The notes: generated by a model from the sequence alone, not told the origin. 38,339 nt of DNA from Clostridia bacterium (GCA_024404665.1 JAKSPQ010000003.1:1-38339), one strand, 5' to 3'; positions 17,701 to 27,935 are shown, counted from the stretch's first letter. Numbers and translations: made by a program.

Positions 17701-18407
17701 GTATCGTAAAGCCAGAGTCTTACGTCAGCCTGCTTTTTGATTTCGCTGTACTCGACAAAGCGGCGGGCCCTGATGCTCTCTCTCTGAAGAGAGGCCAGAT
17801 GGCCGTTCATGATATTCAGTGCGTCACGGACTCTGTCCATGTTCGCTCTGGTGGCATCCAGATTTCTTTCCGCCTCGTTTTTGCGATGACGGTATTTGGC
17901 GATTCCTGCGGCATCCTCAAAGATGTCGCGTCTGTCGTCGCTCTTTTTTGATATTATTTCGGCAATCCGGCCCTGTCCGATGATGGAGTATCCGTCGCGG
18001 CCTACGCCGGTGTTTAAGAACATTTCGTAAATATCGCGGAGTCTGCAGGCCGAACGGTTGATAAAATACTCGCTGTCTCCGTTTCTGTGATAGCGGCGGG
18101 TTACGGTGATTTCGTCGTACGGAACGTTCAGATGTCCGAAATCCGATCTGTTGTCAAAGGTCACCGAAACCTCGGCATAAGTCATGGGCTTTCTGCTGTC
18201 CGAGCCTCCGAAAATGATATCCTCCATTTTGGTACCGCGCAGGCTCTTGGAAGAGATTTCTCCGAGAACCCAGCGCATGGCATCGGAAATATTCGATTTT
18301 CCGCTTCCGTTGGGTCCGACGATTACTGTTGCGCCGGGCTCAAATGTCAGCTTGGTTCTGTCGGGAAACGACTTGAAGCCCTGAAGCTCTATTTGCTTTA
18401 AGTACAA
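14781..18407 (-). CDS. smc: Chromosome segregation protein SMC
   Basis: GPNGSGKSN Walker A, long coiled coils, hinge GRATFFPL, LSGGE signature and DEVEAALD. Confidence 0.98.
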   Translation of the reverse strand: MYLKQIELQGFKSFPDRTKLTFEPGATVIVGPNGSGKSNISDAMRWVLGEISSKSLRGTKMEDIIFGGSDSRKPMTYAEVSVTFDNRSDFGHLNVPYDEITVTRRYHRNGDSEYFINRSACRLRDIYEMFLNTGVGRDGYSIIGQGRIAEIISKKSDDRRDIFEDAAGIAKYRHRKNEAERNLDATRANMDRVRDALNIMNGHLASLQRESIRARRFVEYSEIKKQADVRLWLYDTEKLRNDISSAESSGSMAEMELSEAEESLATLKSRQDRLEELTAENRREASVLLDSIRQRTQENHELDSLVRVTKTKIENSEATAESEKNNAAALRANAEKEKKNAAGKRAEAAAMAEEIKKLTSEEADLTKAAAIAADKADSLEDAIATAFDEISASRAEISDADARLDLLGKSGDAEENRDDAARKDLSEREAEVERAQTECSDSEDLISAYTARIMSLTELLESRRSRHSALTAEYNGAVNELAAATVKYDTGAGRIEALRRMEQHFDGYNNSVKHIMQTYSAGGITGTRARCGKIFGPVSSLIHVKSEYVTAVEIALGAAIQNIVVDNEETARAAIEVLRRDNAGRATFFPLTSVKPSSPTREMRQAESCRGYIGVASELAVTDDKFTPVISSMLGRTVVFDTLENATAMEKSCGYSVRAVTLDGQQINRDGSFTGGSVRTGSGILTRADEIKRMENELQALKKKIAVTEKTKAELYEKLGALSGEISDADNELHLTETLCEVEKARLDKQREALASSIELLEKLKADIASSEDEKERREAEIEALTVRKKELSEKVAELEAFRTDADIARGDALNERDAKQNAATAVTIKITGLRRDIESCNAMAELSDGKAAELLSDAAAKDERLMELASAAAELKERLDEAIRSFTEGQKDLGELNEKRNSAEASGLEFEKNSAELRRSVADVSARRDRLMQEKLTRETGLATLRSQLDALSAKFWEEHGMTRAEAVACNYPPLTKEERPSVLEIQTEYRNKIRNVGNCDPASIEQYEIEKAKYDELMSQMTDLEKAENELLKVISQLESEMKKVFVTAFDQINENFKKTFTELFGGGSAELQLTDPDNVLESGIEIKAAPPGKIIKSLLQLSGGEQSFVAVALLFAILQVNPPPFTIFDEVEAALDEVNVDRFANYIRRYSGEMQFIVITHRRGTMNAADRLYGVTMPESGISKVLTLNVQDIAGRKGEFWDELS

Positions 18408-18449
18408 GGGGAAACCTCCGGTTGATAGTTGGTGCCGAAAACGGCGGGA

Positions 18450-19610
18450 TTAATACTTAATGTTTAATAATATATTATAACCTATAATGTCGTTTTTTTC
18501 AAGAATTTTTATCTTCCCGATGCGGTATTTTTCTCTTATAAACGACATATTGCTTTTATGCTGTCCGCAAACCTTGGACTGGCAGCCCTGCGGCACGTAA
18601 ATAACGAGCTCAGGCAGCCTTTTCTCAGTCCGTCCGACTCCCGGGCTTCCGGCCGTATCACCGACGGTTGCCGGGACGTTTTCATCTCCTTCCGGGGCGT
18701 CGCCGGCCGTTTTTACGGATATTTCCTTTAGCGCCCTGTCAAGTCTTCTCCTGAAAACCTCCGACATAGCCATCTCGCCTATTGCGGGATGCGATGCGCC
18801 TCCGTAAACCTCCTCGGGCGACGAAAGCGATTCTCCCGAGCAAAGTCCCGTTCTGATTACGGGCACGCCCGCGGCATCGAAGATTTCGAGCAGGTCTGCA
18901 GTCCGCTCAACGGCCTCCGCATCAGTAAGAGGCACATAGGCGCCGGCCTTAGCCATATCACAGAGCTCCGTTCTGGTAAACACGACCGTCGGATAGATTC
19001 TGGCTCCGTCCGCGCCCTCTCCGCAGATAAATTCCGCGGTTGCGCGCTCGCTCTCCGGCGTCGATCCCGGCAGTCCGACCATCATCTGTCCTATCAGCCG
19101 AAAGCCCGCCGCCCTGACGGCTCTGCAGGCCTTCACCGTCATCTCCGCGGTATGTCCGCGTCTGCTGGCGGCAAGTACGCCGTCGGATATGCTCTGGATT
19201 CCGAGCTCTACGGTTTCCACACCGTATTTTTTCAGAACTGACAGAATTTCCCCGTCGATGTAATCCGGACGCGTGGAGCATCTTACGGATTTTACGGGAC
19301 ACCTGGGATCCGCAAGAAAGGCGTGTGCCGTTTCGAGCAGTCTCACCATCAGCCCGCGGTCGATGCCGGTAAACGAGCCTCCGAAGAAAGCAATTTCGGC
19401 ACAGTCCTCCGGATTAAGGGTGGAGCAGGCAGTCCTTATCTGTTTTTCCACATCGTTCTCATCAAAAAACTGTCTGCCCGAAATAACTCTCTGATTGCAG
19501 AAGACGCAGTTATTCGGGCAGCCGAGATGAGGTATGAAGACCGGAATGTTTTTGTGTCTGCCGGTCCTGTTTTTTTCGGCTTCCGAGCCGGCCGTGAAGT
19601 CAGATCTCAT
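18450..19610 (-). CDS. Radical SAM protein (Elp3-like)
   Basis: CPNNCVFC motif, FFGGSFT, STRPD and VELGIQS. Lies next to rnc. Confidence 0.9.
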   Translation of the reverse strand: MRSDFTAGSEAEKNRTGRHKNIPVFIPHLGCPNNCVFCNQRVISGRQFFDENDVEKQIRTACSTLNPEDCAEIAFFGGSFTGIDRGLMVRLLETAHAFLADPRCPVKSVRCSTRPDYIDGEILSVLKKYGVETVELGIQSISDGVLAASRRGHTAEMTVKACRAVRAAGFRLIGQMMVGLPGSTPESERATAEFICGEGADGARIYPTVVFTRTELCDMAKAGAYVPLTDAEAVERTADLLEIFDAAGVPVIRTGLCSGESLSSPEEVYGGASHPAIGEMAMSEVFRRRLDRALKEISVKTAGDAPEGDENVPATVGDTAGSPGVGRTEKRLPELVIYVPQGCQSKVCGQHKSNMSFIREKYRIGKIKILEKNDIIGYNILLNIKY

Positions 19611-20409
19611 CGTTTTCGGAGGACTCTATGACGCCGCACTTGATAAGCGCCTGTCTTGCGGCATTCTGTTCCGCTTTTTTTCTTGAGCTGCCGGTTCCCC
19701 TGCCGAACACGTTTGAATCTATTCTGGCTTCAACCGTGAATATTTTGGCGTGGTCCGGGCCTTCTTCTTCAACGAGGACATATTCGAGATGCTCTCCCTT
19801 GGAATCGGCCTGAACCGTTTCCTGAAGCAGCGTTTTATAGTCGATGACGGGCTTTCCGGTCATCATTCCGCCGAGTCTCTTCATGACGGAGGGCATGACA
19901 TATTCAGCCACCGCGGTCTTGCCCGCATCACCCTCTCCGGAATCGATGTAAACAGCCGCCAGGAGGGCCTCGTAAGCGTCGCAGAGGAGCGAGGGCCTCG
20001 TGCGGCCACCGTTCTTCTCCTCTCCCTTGCCGAGCAGCAGAGAGTCTCCCAGGCCTATCTCCGTCGCATATTCCGAAAGTGCCCTCTCGCATACGAGCTC
20101 GGCTCTGCATCTTGTGAGATCCCCTTCGGGAGAATCCGGATAATTTTCAAAAAGATATTCGCTTACAATGACGGAGAGCACGGAATCCCCTAGAAACTCG
20201 AGTCTTTCGTTGCAGGGACAGACCTTCTGTCCGCCGTGCTCGTAGCTGTATGAAGAATGGGTCAATGCCTCGTGAAGAAGCATTTTATCGTAAAACTCGT
20301 AGCCTATGGACTTCTCCACGCGGCTTGTGACAGCCTTGCGGATTTCGCCCTCCTCATTCTGACGCCCCGTCTCTTCTCTTTTTTCTTTCATATTGCCGTT
20401 GTTTTTCAT
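19600..20409 (-). CDS. rnc: Ribonuclease III
   Basis: ALTHSS, signature NERLEFLGDSVL and a C-terminal dsRBD (DYKT.LQE...KKAEQNAA). Confidence 0.97.
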   Translation of the reverse strand: MKNNGNMKEKREETGRQNEEGEIRKAVTSRVEKSIGYEFYDKMLLHEALTHSSYSYEHGGQKVCPCNERLEFLGDSVLSVIVSEYLFENYPDSPEGDLTRCRAELVCERALSEYATEIGLGDSLLLGKGEEKNGGRTRPSLLCDAYEALLAAVYIDSGEGDAGKTAVAEYVMPSVMKRLGGMMTGKPVIDYKTLLQETVQADSKGEHLEYVLVEEEGPDHAKIFTVEARIDSNVFGRGTGSSRKKAEQNAARQALIKCGVIESSENDEI

Positions 20410-21443
20410 TTCGATGAATTATTCTGTGAATTATTCTCCGTGTTCTGTGCCGGCGTAAAAACCTTTATTTCCTTTGCGATGCTGACGATTGCGCCGGACG
20501 ACGCGTAGTTTATGGCCTGTCCGATGGCGTTCTTTACCGCCTTGGCGTCGGATGCTCCGTGTGCCTTGATAACCGGCTTTGAAATACCGAGTATCGGCGC
20601 TCCTCCGAGCTCCGAGGGATCGAATTTTTTCTTTATTCCTGAAAGTTTATTCCTGACAAGCACTGCCGAAAGCTTGGTGAAAATATCCGACATGAACATC
20701 TTCTTCATCACCGAGAGAGCGTACTTGCCTATGCCCTCTATGGATTTCAGCAGAATGTTTCCGGTAAAGCCGTCCGTAACCAGAACGTCGCAGGCATTTC
20801 TCGGAATCTTGTCGGCCTCAACGTTTCCTACGAAATTGATGCCGGGAAGGTTCTTGAGCAGCGCGAATGTCTTAAGCTGCAGCTCGGTTCCCTTGCACTC
20901 CTCCGAGCCGTTGTTGAGAAGACCGACTCTGGGGTTTTTGATTCCGTAAAGCTTTGACATATATATGCTTCCCATAACGGCGAACTGCTCGAGGTATTCC
21001 TCGTTGCAGACGGTGTTTGCGCCGGAATCAAGCAGAAGCACCGGGGGATCCATGGGCAGCATCGTGCCTATGGCCGGCCTCTTTATGCCCTTGATTTTTC
21101 TTACGATGAGCGTGGCTCCGGTATACAGGGCTCCGGTGTTTCCGGTGCTGACCACGGCATCGCCCTCTCCCGCCGCCAGCATCGACAAAGCCTTGTTCAT
21201 GCTGGAATCTTTCTTCTGGCGTATTACCGTAAGGGGATCGTCGGTCATTTCGACCGTCTCGGGAGCGTCGATGATATCGAAGCGCGAGAGATTCAGGCCC
21301 TCGCTTTCTCCGATTTTCTCTATGGCAGCTCTGTCGCCGACAAGTATAAAGCTTGCGTTATATTCAAGCGATGCGGCGTATGCGCCCTTTACGGGTTCAA
21401 GAGGAGCGCGGTCTCCGCCCATGCAATCAACTATTATTCTCAT
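20406..21443 (-). CDS. plsX: Phosphate acyltransferase PlsX
   Basis: IVDCMGGD.AP, STGNTGA, DGFTGNILLK and KAHGAS motifs. Confidence 0.96.
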   Translation of the reverse strand: MRIIVDCMGGDRAPLEPVKGAYAASLEYNASFILVGDRAAIEKIGESEGLNLSRFDIIDAPETVEMTDDPLTVIRQKKDSSMNKALSMLAAGEGDAVVSTGNTGALYTGATLIVRKIKGIKRPAIGTMLPMDPPVLLLDSGANTVCNEEYLEQFAVMGSIYMSKLYGIKNPRVGLLNNGSEECKGTELQLKTFALLKNLPGINFVGNVEADKIPRNACDVLVTDGFTGNILLKSIEGIGKYALSVMKKMFMSDIFTKLSAVLVRNKLSGIKKKFDPSELGGAPILGISKPVIKAHGASDAKAVKNAIGQAINYASSGAIVSIAKEIKVFTPAQNTENNSQNNSSK

Positions 21444-21455
21444 TTTATTTCACCG

Positions 21456-22793
21456 TTATTCACAGTCCGGAAAAAGAACCTTTTTCAGACTGTCTGCCGC
21501 GGCCAGGGATCTTTCGGCGTAAACCGCGTATTTGGCCTGTTTTCCGCCCTTTACCCTATGCTCGAGAGGTGCGATAATTCCGAAATTCGCATTCATCGGG
21601 ACAAAATTTCCGAGCGATCCGTTCGACACATAGGCGGCCATTGCGCCGAGCATCGTCTCCGCAGGGAAAACCACTCTTTCAAGGCCCAGAGCATATCTTG
21701 CCGCGGATATTCCGGCAACCAGACCGGAGCCTGCGGATTCAACGTAGCCCTCGACACCCGTCATCTGTCCGGCAAAGTAAAGGCCGGGACGCTTCTTCAC
21801 GGAATAATCCGAATCAAGAAAGCCGGGAGAATCAAGGTATGTGTTTCTGTGCATGATGCCGTATCTCAGGAATTCCGCGTTTTCGAGTCCCGGAATCATT
21901 CGGAAAACCCTTCTCTGCTCGGGGAAGGCAAGATGTGTCTGGAAGCCCACGAGATTGAACATGGTTCCCTCGGTGTTCTCCTTGCGGAGCTGAATAACGG
22001 CATAGTATTCTTTTCCGGGGTATCTGGGGTCCTCAAGACCCACGGGCTTCATCGGTCCGAATCTGAGGGTATCGTAGCCGCGGGCAGCCATCACTTCAAC
22101 GGGCATGCAGCCCTCGAACACCTTGAGATCCTTCTGATCCTCGGCATCGAAATCGTGAAGAGACGCGCAGCGGGCGTTTATAAGTTCGTTATAAAAAGCA
22201 TCGTACTGCTCCTTTGTCATGGGGCAGTTGAGGTAGTCCGCATCGCCCTTGCCGTATCTGGAGGCAAAGAAGGCAATCGACGTATCCACAGTGCTGCCGT
22301 CAACTATCGGAGCGGCGGCATCGAAGAAATGAAGGCCGGGACAGCCGAGCGAATTTTCGATTTTGTCCGCAAGACCGTCCGATGTGAGCGGTCCCGTGGC
22401 AATTACGGTCACGCCGTCATCGGGGATCGATGTTACCTCTCCGCGGATGAGCTCGATATCGGGGCAGGACATGACGCGGTCCGTAAGAAAGGCGGAGAAA
22501 AGGTCTCTGTCAACCGCAAGAGCGGAGCCTGCGGGGACCCGCGTGGCATCGGCAGCCTCCATGACGGCGGAGCCGAGGCGCCTCATCTCCTCCTTCAGAA
22601 GTCCGACAGCGTTTGTCACGCTGTCGGATCTCAGAGAGTTTGAACATACAAGCTCGGCAAAGCCGGGCTTTTTGTGAGCGGGTGTGTATTTGTCGGGCTT
22701 CATTTCGTAAAGTCTGACATTTACGCCGGTTCTTACGGCGGCAAGCGCCGCCTCGCAGCCGGCAAGACCCGCTCCGATTACGTTTATAGTCAT
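21456..22793 (-). CDS. trmFO: tRNA (uracil-5)-methyltransferase TrmFO
   Basis: VIGAGLAGCEAA, ELVCSNS, FEGCMPVE, GFQT and AGQMTGVEGY motifs. Confidence 0.97.
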   Translation of the reverse strand: MTINVIGAGLAGCEAALAAVRTGVNVRLYEMKPDKYTPAHKKPGFAELVCSNSLRSDSVTNAVGLLKEEMRRLGSAVMEAADATRVPAGSALAVDRDLFSAFLTDRVMSCPDIELIRGEVTSIPDDGVTVIATGPLTSDGLADKIENSLGCPGLHFFDAAAPIVDGSTVDTSIAFFASRYGKGDADYLNCPMTKEQYDAFYNELINARCASLHDFDAEDQKDLKVFEGCMPVEVMAARGYDTLRFGPMKPVGLEDPRYPGKEYYAVIQLRKENTEGTMFNLVGFQTHLAFPEQRRVFRMIPGLENAEFLRYGIMHRNTYLDSPGFLDSDYSVKKRPGLYFAGQMTGVEGYVESAGSGLVAGISAARYALGLERVVFPAETMLGAMAAYVSNGSLGNFVPMNANFGIIAPLEHRVKGGKQAKYAVYAERSLAAADSLKKVLFPDCE

Positions 22794-22858
22794 ATTATTT
22801 GCCGTATCCGATCAGTCGGTCCGCATGTGACCGACAGTATTTTTTCGGGGACCGAAAA

Positions 22859-25282
22859 TCAGTTCCCGGATGCGGGAGCGTCATCGTCGGATGGCATAGG
22901 AACATTCTCTCCCTCGTAGTCGAGAGAGGGCACGTCGGTGAAGAAGGATGAAAAGTCGGTGTTCTCCGCATTCTCATCCGCCTTGCGCTCCACGGTGGAA
23001 TAGCCGCATTTTGCATCCGAGCACTTGAAGCCTCCGCCCTTGCCCTTGCGCTTGAAGAGCATGGCTCCGCACTCAGGGCATTTTTCGGATGTGGGCTCCA
23101 TCCAGCTGGAGAAATCGCATTCCGGATAGTGCTCGCAGCTGTAGAAGGTTGTCTTTCTCTTTCCGTGACGGATGATAACCCTTCCGCCGCACTTAGGACA
23201 GGCAACGTTTTCAAGGGCCAGCTCCTCCGTCTTTGAGAAGCGGCAGGCGGGGAAATTGATGCAGGCAAAGAAGGTGCCGTACGGACCCTTGCGTCTTACC
23301 ATTTCGCCGCCGCAGAGCTCGCACTTGAAGCCGGCAAGCTCCGGCTCGGCCTTTGCGGTTTCGGCAGCAGCGGGATCAACGGGCTTGCCTTCGCTGTCGA
23401 GAGACCTTGTATTGCGGCATTTAGGATAATTGGGGCACGCAGCGAACTTAACCTTGCGTCTTGAGGTTTTCACTACCATTCTGGCGCCGCACTTGTCGCA
23501 GATAATATCGGTTTCCTCGAGAACGGGAGCCTTTTTCTCCTCCTCCTTCTCGCAGGCGGCATTCAGCTCCTTTTCAAAGCCGGACCAGAAGTCGCTGAGC
23601 AGATTCGACATTTCATCGGTGCCGTTTTCTATTCCGTCAAGGCTGTTTTCCAGGTTGGCGGTGAAATCGTAATTGACGATATCGGCAAAATCGTTCTCCA
23701 TAAGAGCGGTGGTATCAAAGCCGAGCTCGGTGGGAACAAGGGATTTTCCGTCGCGCTTTACGTACTTGCGTCCGACAATGGTCGTAATCGTGGGAGTAAT
23801 GGTTGAAGGACGTCCGATGCCCTTCTCCTCGAGAGCCTTGATGAGAGTGGCTTCGGTATATCTTGCGGGGGGCTCGGTAAAGTGAGAAGCCGCATCCGCG
23901 GTCTTAACCGAGAGCATATCCCCTTTCGTAAGCTGCGGGAATCTGAGATTCTTGACAAGGCTGTCGGCATCGTCCTGCGCTTCGTCCTGAGCGCCGATGT
24001 CGGAAAGGCTTCCTCCGACCGCGGAATATCCGCGGAACACAACGGTGTAGCCTCCCGCTCTGAACACATGGCCCGCGCATTCGAAATCGACGCTGACGGT
24101 ATCGAGCTTGGCGGAAGCCATCTGAGACGCGACAAAGCGCTCCCAGATAAGCTTGTAAAGCTTGTACTGGTCGGGTGTGAGCTGCTTCTTAATCGATGCG
24201 GGCTCCAGAGCCACCTGCGTGGGTCTGATGGCCTCGTGCGCGTCCTGAGCGCCGGAACGGGTCTTGTAAACCCTGGGAACGGCGGGATTGTATTCGGGTC
24301 CGTAAGCGGAGGCGATATAGTCAGCCGCCGCGCTCTGAGCCTCGGCGGAGACTCTGAGGGAGTCGGTTCTCATGTATGTGATAAGACCCTGAGTGCCTCC
24401 GAGAGCGGCTCCGAGGTTGATTCCCTCGTAAAGCTCCTGGGCAATGGTCATAATCTTGTCCGATCTGAAGCCTAAGCGTTTGGAGGCCTCCTGCTGCATC
24501 GTCGATGTGGTGAAGGGGGGCTGAGGATTCTTTTCCTTGATGCCGTGCTTTACCAGAGCGACCTTCATGCTGCCGTTCTTAACGTCATCGGCGACCTTTT
24601 CCGCAAAGGCACCGTCTGAAATTCTCTGTCTGCCGTTGCCGTCGGTTTCTCCGACATATCTTACGGCAAGCTCGCCGGCTCCGTTCGAAAGCGTCGCCGC
24701 AACGGTCCAGTATTCCTCCGGAACAAAGGCGGAAATCTCACGTTCTCTCTCGACAACGAGCCTTGTTGCCACCGACTGGACTCTTCCGGCGGAAAGGCCG
24801 TTCTGAATCTTGAGCCAGAGCAGCGGGCTCAGCTTGTATCCGACGATTCTGTCGAGGATTCTTCTCGTCTGCTGCGCGTTGACAAGGTTCATATCGATGG
24901 CGCGCGGATTCTTAACGGATGTCTTTATTACGCTCTTTGTGAGCTCGTTGAACGTGACTCTGAGCGCGTTTTCGGGCTCGATGCCGAGCACGTTGGCAAG
25001 ATGCCATGAAATCGCTTCACCCTCGCGGTCGGGGTCGGTTGCAAGGAAGACCTTGCCTGCGGCCTTGGCTTCCTTCTTAAGCTCCTTGATGGTGTCGCCC
25101 TTGCCTCTGATATTTATGTAGCGGGGCTTGAAGCCGTCATCGATATCGATGCCGAACTGACTCTTGGGGAGGTCTCTGACATGACCCTTTGACGCGATGA
25201 CTTTATAACCCGATCCGAGCGCCTCCTGAATGGTATGGGCCTTGGAGGGGGACTCGATGATAACTAAATTCTTCTTAGCCAT
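22859..25282 (-). CDS. topA: DNA topoisomerase I
   Basis: IESPSKA, ATDPDREGE, SAGRVQS, catalytic ITYMRTD and C-terminal Cys4 zinc ribbons. Confidence 0.98.
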   Translation of the reverse strand: MAKKNLVIIESPSKAHTIQEALGSGYKVIASKGHVRDLPKSQFGIDIDDGFKPRYINIRGKGDTIKELKKEAKAAGKVFLATDPDREGEAISWHLANVLGIEPENALRVTFNELTKSVIKTSVKNPRAIDMNLVNAQQTRRILDRIVGYKLSPLLWLKIQNGLSAGRVQSVATRLVVEREREISAFVPEEYWTVAATLSNGAGELAVRYVGETDGNGRQRISDGAFAEKVADDVKNGSMKVALVKHGIKEKNPQPPFTTSTMQQEASKRLGFRSDKIMTIAQELYEGINLGAALGGTQGLITYMRTDSLRVSAEAQSAAADYIASAYGPEYNPAVPRVYKTRSGAQDAHEAIRPTQVALEPASIKKQLTPDQYKLYKLIWERFVASQMASAKLDTVSVDFECAGHVFRAGGYTVVFRGYSAVGGSLSDIGAQDEAQDDADSLVKNLRFPQLTKGDMLSVKTADAASHFTEPPARYTEATLIKALEEKGIGRPSTITPTITTIVGRKYVKRDGKSLVPTELGFDTTALMENDFADIVNYDFTANLENSLDGIENGTDEMSNLLSDFWSGFEKELNAACEKEEEKKAPVLEETDIICDKCGARMVVKTSRRKVKFAACPNYPKCRNTRSLDSEGKPVDPAAAETAKAEPELAGFKCELCGGEMVRRKGPYGTFFACINFPACRFSKTEELALENVACPKCGGRVIIRHGKRKTTFYSCEHYPECDFSSWMEPTSEKCPECGAMLFKRKGKGGGFKCSDAKCGYSTVERKADENAENTDFSSFFTDVPSLDYEGENVPMPSDDDAPASGN

Positions 25283-25389
25283 ATTTATAAACTGTTGTTC
25301 CTTTCGGACCGCCCGGCAGCGCCGGGAAAAGCATCGTTACGCCTTTTCCCGGACCGCCGCCCTGCGGGTGATTCGTTTATCTGAAATTT

Positions 25390-26670
25390 TTACAGCACAT
25401 AAAGGCCTCCGGGAACTCCGGTAATGTAGCCCGAAATTTCCAGCAGTGTCAGAAGCTCCATTGCCCGCCGGGGCGAATAGCCTCTGTCCGCAAAGAAATC
25501 GGCTCCTACACGTTCTCCGCGCGGAATGAGAAGATAAAAATCTCTCTGCTCTCCCTCGGGAGGAAGCCTGCCGCGCCCCCTGTCCGCGGCCGCGGGCTGA
25601 GCGCTCTGTTCTGTTTTTGGGGTTGTCTGCCGTTTTTTCGGAACCGTAACCGAAACGGCGGGCTCCGGAGGAGCCGGATAGATATTTCCCGTGCAATCGT
25701 CGACGACTGCCTTTACGCCGTATTCCGCCAGAATTTCGGTGGTAACGGCTGAGGAAACGGTGGCCCTGGCATATGACTCGCTGTTGAGCGAGGACGGATA
25801 TTTCTCCAGATAAGGCGACAGAATATCCGCTCCGGAAAGACAGATTCCGGCACCCATTCCCAACAGAGAATTCGGTCCCTCGGAGGACGGATCCTCCGTT
25901 CTGCCCGGTACGGCAAATATATTCTTCCCCTGATTCAGAGCTATGTCCGCTGTGAGCATGGCTCCGCTTTTTCTTCCGGCCTCCACCACGAGCAATGCGT
26001 CCGACAGTCCCGCAATCAGTCTGTTTCTGACGGGGAAATGTCCCGCAAGAGGCGGCGAACCCGGAGGATATTCACTGATAACCGCTCCGCTTCCCGCAAT
26101 CGCTTTCATCAGCGCGTCGTGCTCTGCGGGATATGCGGCATCAAGGCCGGAGCCTGTCACCGCAACGGTTGTTCCGCCGGCCTCCAATGCGCCGACAGCC
26201 GCGGTTCCGTCGATTCCGCGGGCCATTCCGCTTACGATAACCGCTCCGGCAGCAGCGGTTTCGTACGCCGTTCTGTAGGCCGTACGCATGCCGTATCCCG
26301 TCATATTCCTCGAGCCGACAATACCGAGGCCGAACCTTCTTTCAAAGTCCGGCAGTCTTCCCGAGACGTAAAGCAGATACGGCGGAGTATCTATGGCGGT
26401 CAGCGGTCCGGGATAGCCGGGCTTTCCGTAAACGGTAATTTCAATGTTATGCTTTTCGCAGAAAGCGGCGATTCTTGCCGCTTCCCCGAGATCTTTGTTT
26501 TTGAGCTTACGGATCATGCCTCCGGGAAGCCCCGTTTCGTCCAGGTCCCCGGCGGTTGCAGAATAAATACCGTAAACGTCACCGAATGTGTCAAACAGTT
26601 TTCCGAACGCTCCGCCGGGACCTATCCCGAGCGAAAGCCAGATTTCATGAACTGTTTCCCTCATCAGCAC
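25390..26670 (-). CDS. dprA: DNA-processing protein DprA
   Basis: IVGSR, VSGMARGID, FPVRNRLIAGLS and VVEA..KSG motifs. Canonical position upstream of topA. Confidence 0.95.
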   Translation of the reverse strand: MLMRETVHEIWLSLGIGPGGAFGKLFDTFGDVYGIYSATAGDLDETGLPGGMIRKLKNKDLGEAARIAAFCEKHNIEITVYGKPGYPGPLTAIDTPPYLLYVSGRLPDFERRFGLGIVGSRNMTGYGMRTAYRTAYETAAAGAVIVSGMARGIDGTAAVGALEAGGTTVAVTGSGLDAAYPAEHDALMKAIAGSGAVISEYPPGSPPLAGHFPVRNRLIAGLSDALLVVEAGRKSGAMLTADIALNQGKNIFAVPGRTEDPSSEGPNSLLGMGAGICLSGADILSPYLEKYPSSLNSESYARATVSSAVTTEILAEYGVKAVVDDCTGNIYPAPPEPAVSVTVPKKRQTTPKTEQSAQPAAADRGRGRLPPEGEQRDFYLLIPRGERVGADFFADRGYSPRRAMELLTLLEISGYITGVPGGLYVL

Positions 26671-27485
26671 CTCTTTCTTTCGGACATAATGACCGATGCC
26701 GCCACGGCCGCATTGAGCGCTTCGACGCCCCGTCCCGCCGGCATCGGAATGAAGACCGTTCCGTTGCAGGCTGCAACTACCGCTTCGGAAAGGCCGTGTC
26801 CCTCATTGCCTATAACGAATATATCGCTCCGTTTTACGCTAATGTCCGACAGACGGACAGCGTCGGAGGACAGCGCCGCACCGAGCACCCTTCTTCCCGA
26901 TGACGAAAGAGATTTTAAGGCTCCGGGAAGATCCGATGTTCTGATTATCCTTCTGGAAAAGACGGCACCCATGGCAGCCCTTACCGTTCTCGGATGGTAA
27001 ATATCCGCGCAATCGGAGGACAGCAGAAGGGTACCGACGCCGAAAGCTGCGGCCGAGCGTATCACCGTGCCCAGATTACCCGGGTCCTGCACCGATTCAA
27101 CGGCGATGACGTCCTCGTCCGCGGCAGCGGCCGCGGCATCACTGTTATTATCAAAGCTTTTGTGAAGTCTGTCGATGTACCCGGCAACGCATATTATGCC
27201 CTGAGGAGCTTTCTCCTCCGTTATCTTGGAGAAGGCGGGTCCCGAAAGGATAACCGGCTGTGCAGACGGGGTTTTATCTGCTATCAGGGGCAGATATCTG
27301 TCGGCGATATCTTCACGCAGCAGCACATATTCCGGACTGATTCCGCATGCCGCCGACTCTTCGAACAGCTTTAAGCCGTCAAAGCGGAAAAGGCGTTCAC
27401 TGTCGCGGTATTTTTTGTCCGACAGCGAGTGCATACGGATGACAAACTGATTTGTGCGGGAAGAAATGTATATTGCTTCCTTCAT
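26664..27485 (-). CDS. TrmH/SpoU family RNA methyltransferase
   Basis: VQDPGNLGTVIRSA, IGNEGHG and EALNAAVAA SPOUT motifs. Start placed at MKEAIYI. Confidence 0.92.
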   Translation of the reverse strand: MKEAIYISSRTNQFVIRMHSLSDKKYRDSERLFRFDGLKLFEESAACGISPEYVLLREDIADRYLPLIADKTPSAQPVILSGPAFSKITEEKAPQGIICVAGYIDRLHKSFDNNSDAAAAAADEDVIAVESVQDPGNLGTVIRSAAAFGVGTLLLSSDCADIYHPRTVRAAMGAVFSRRIIRTSDLPGALKSLSSSGRRVLGAALSSDAVRLSDISVKRSDIFVIGNEGHGLSEAVVAACNGTVFIPMPAGRGVEALNAAVAASVIMSERKRC

Positions 27486-27539
27486 TTTTACTGAAAAACG
27501 TCCTATAAAAGCACCGGCAAAAGCCGGCTTAACATAGAC

Positions 27540-27574
27540 ATATGAGGCTGCGGCATAAGCACGCAGCCCCATAT
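27540..27574 (-). terminator. Hairpin after rplT (probable terminator or processing stem)
   Basis: Minus strand atatggggctgcg / cgcagcctcatat stem. The U-tract is weak. Confidence 0.5.
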
Positions 27575-27581
27575 ATTAAAA

Positions 27582-27935
27582 TCAGAGAGCAGCCTTGGCC
27601 TGGTTGCAGAGGGCAGCAAATGCTTCCTTGTCGGCAACGGCAATCTCGGCGAGCATCTTGCGGTTAAGATCTACGCCGGCTTTCTTGAGGCCGTGGATAA
27701 GGGTGGAATAGTTCATTCCGTTCACCTTGGCCTGTGCATTGATTCTAGCAATCCAGAGAGAGCGGAAATCTCTCTTCTTGAGCTTGCGTCCGATATATGC
27801 GTAATTTCCGCTCTTCATTACAGCCTGCTTGGCTGTGCGGAAATGCTTGCTCTTTGCACCGTAATAGCCCTTAGCGGCCTTAAGAACGGCGTTTCTTCTC
27901 TTGCGCGCCATAATCGCGCCCTTTACTCTTGCCAT
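27582..27935 (-). CDS. rplT: 50S ribosomal protein L20
   Basis: [25 protein letters not shown] and [10 protein letters not shown] motifs. Confidence 0.98.
   Translation of the reverse strand: MARVKGAIMARKRRNAVLKAAKGYYGAKSKHFRTAKQAVMKSGNYAYIGRKLKKRDFRSLWIARINAQAKVNGMNYSTLIHGLKKAGVDLNRKMLAEIAVADKEAFAALCNQAKAAL

Noticed and set aside
15493-17709. Long plus-strand ORFs opposite smc, and similar ones opposite topA, trmFO, dprA, ygiQ and the amidohydrolase
   Set aside because: Shadow ORFs caused by GC-rich codon bias on the coding strand; no motifs or RBS.
22795-23268. 157-aa alternative-frame ORF overlapping the 3' end of topA
   Set aside because: Out-of-frame overlap with an intact topA, low-complexity product and no frameshift signal seen.
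25322-25352. Inverted repeat ccgggaaaag/cttttcccgg between dprA and topA
   Set aside because: Ordinary intergenic stem with no U-tract and no further supporting evidence.
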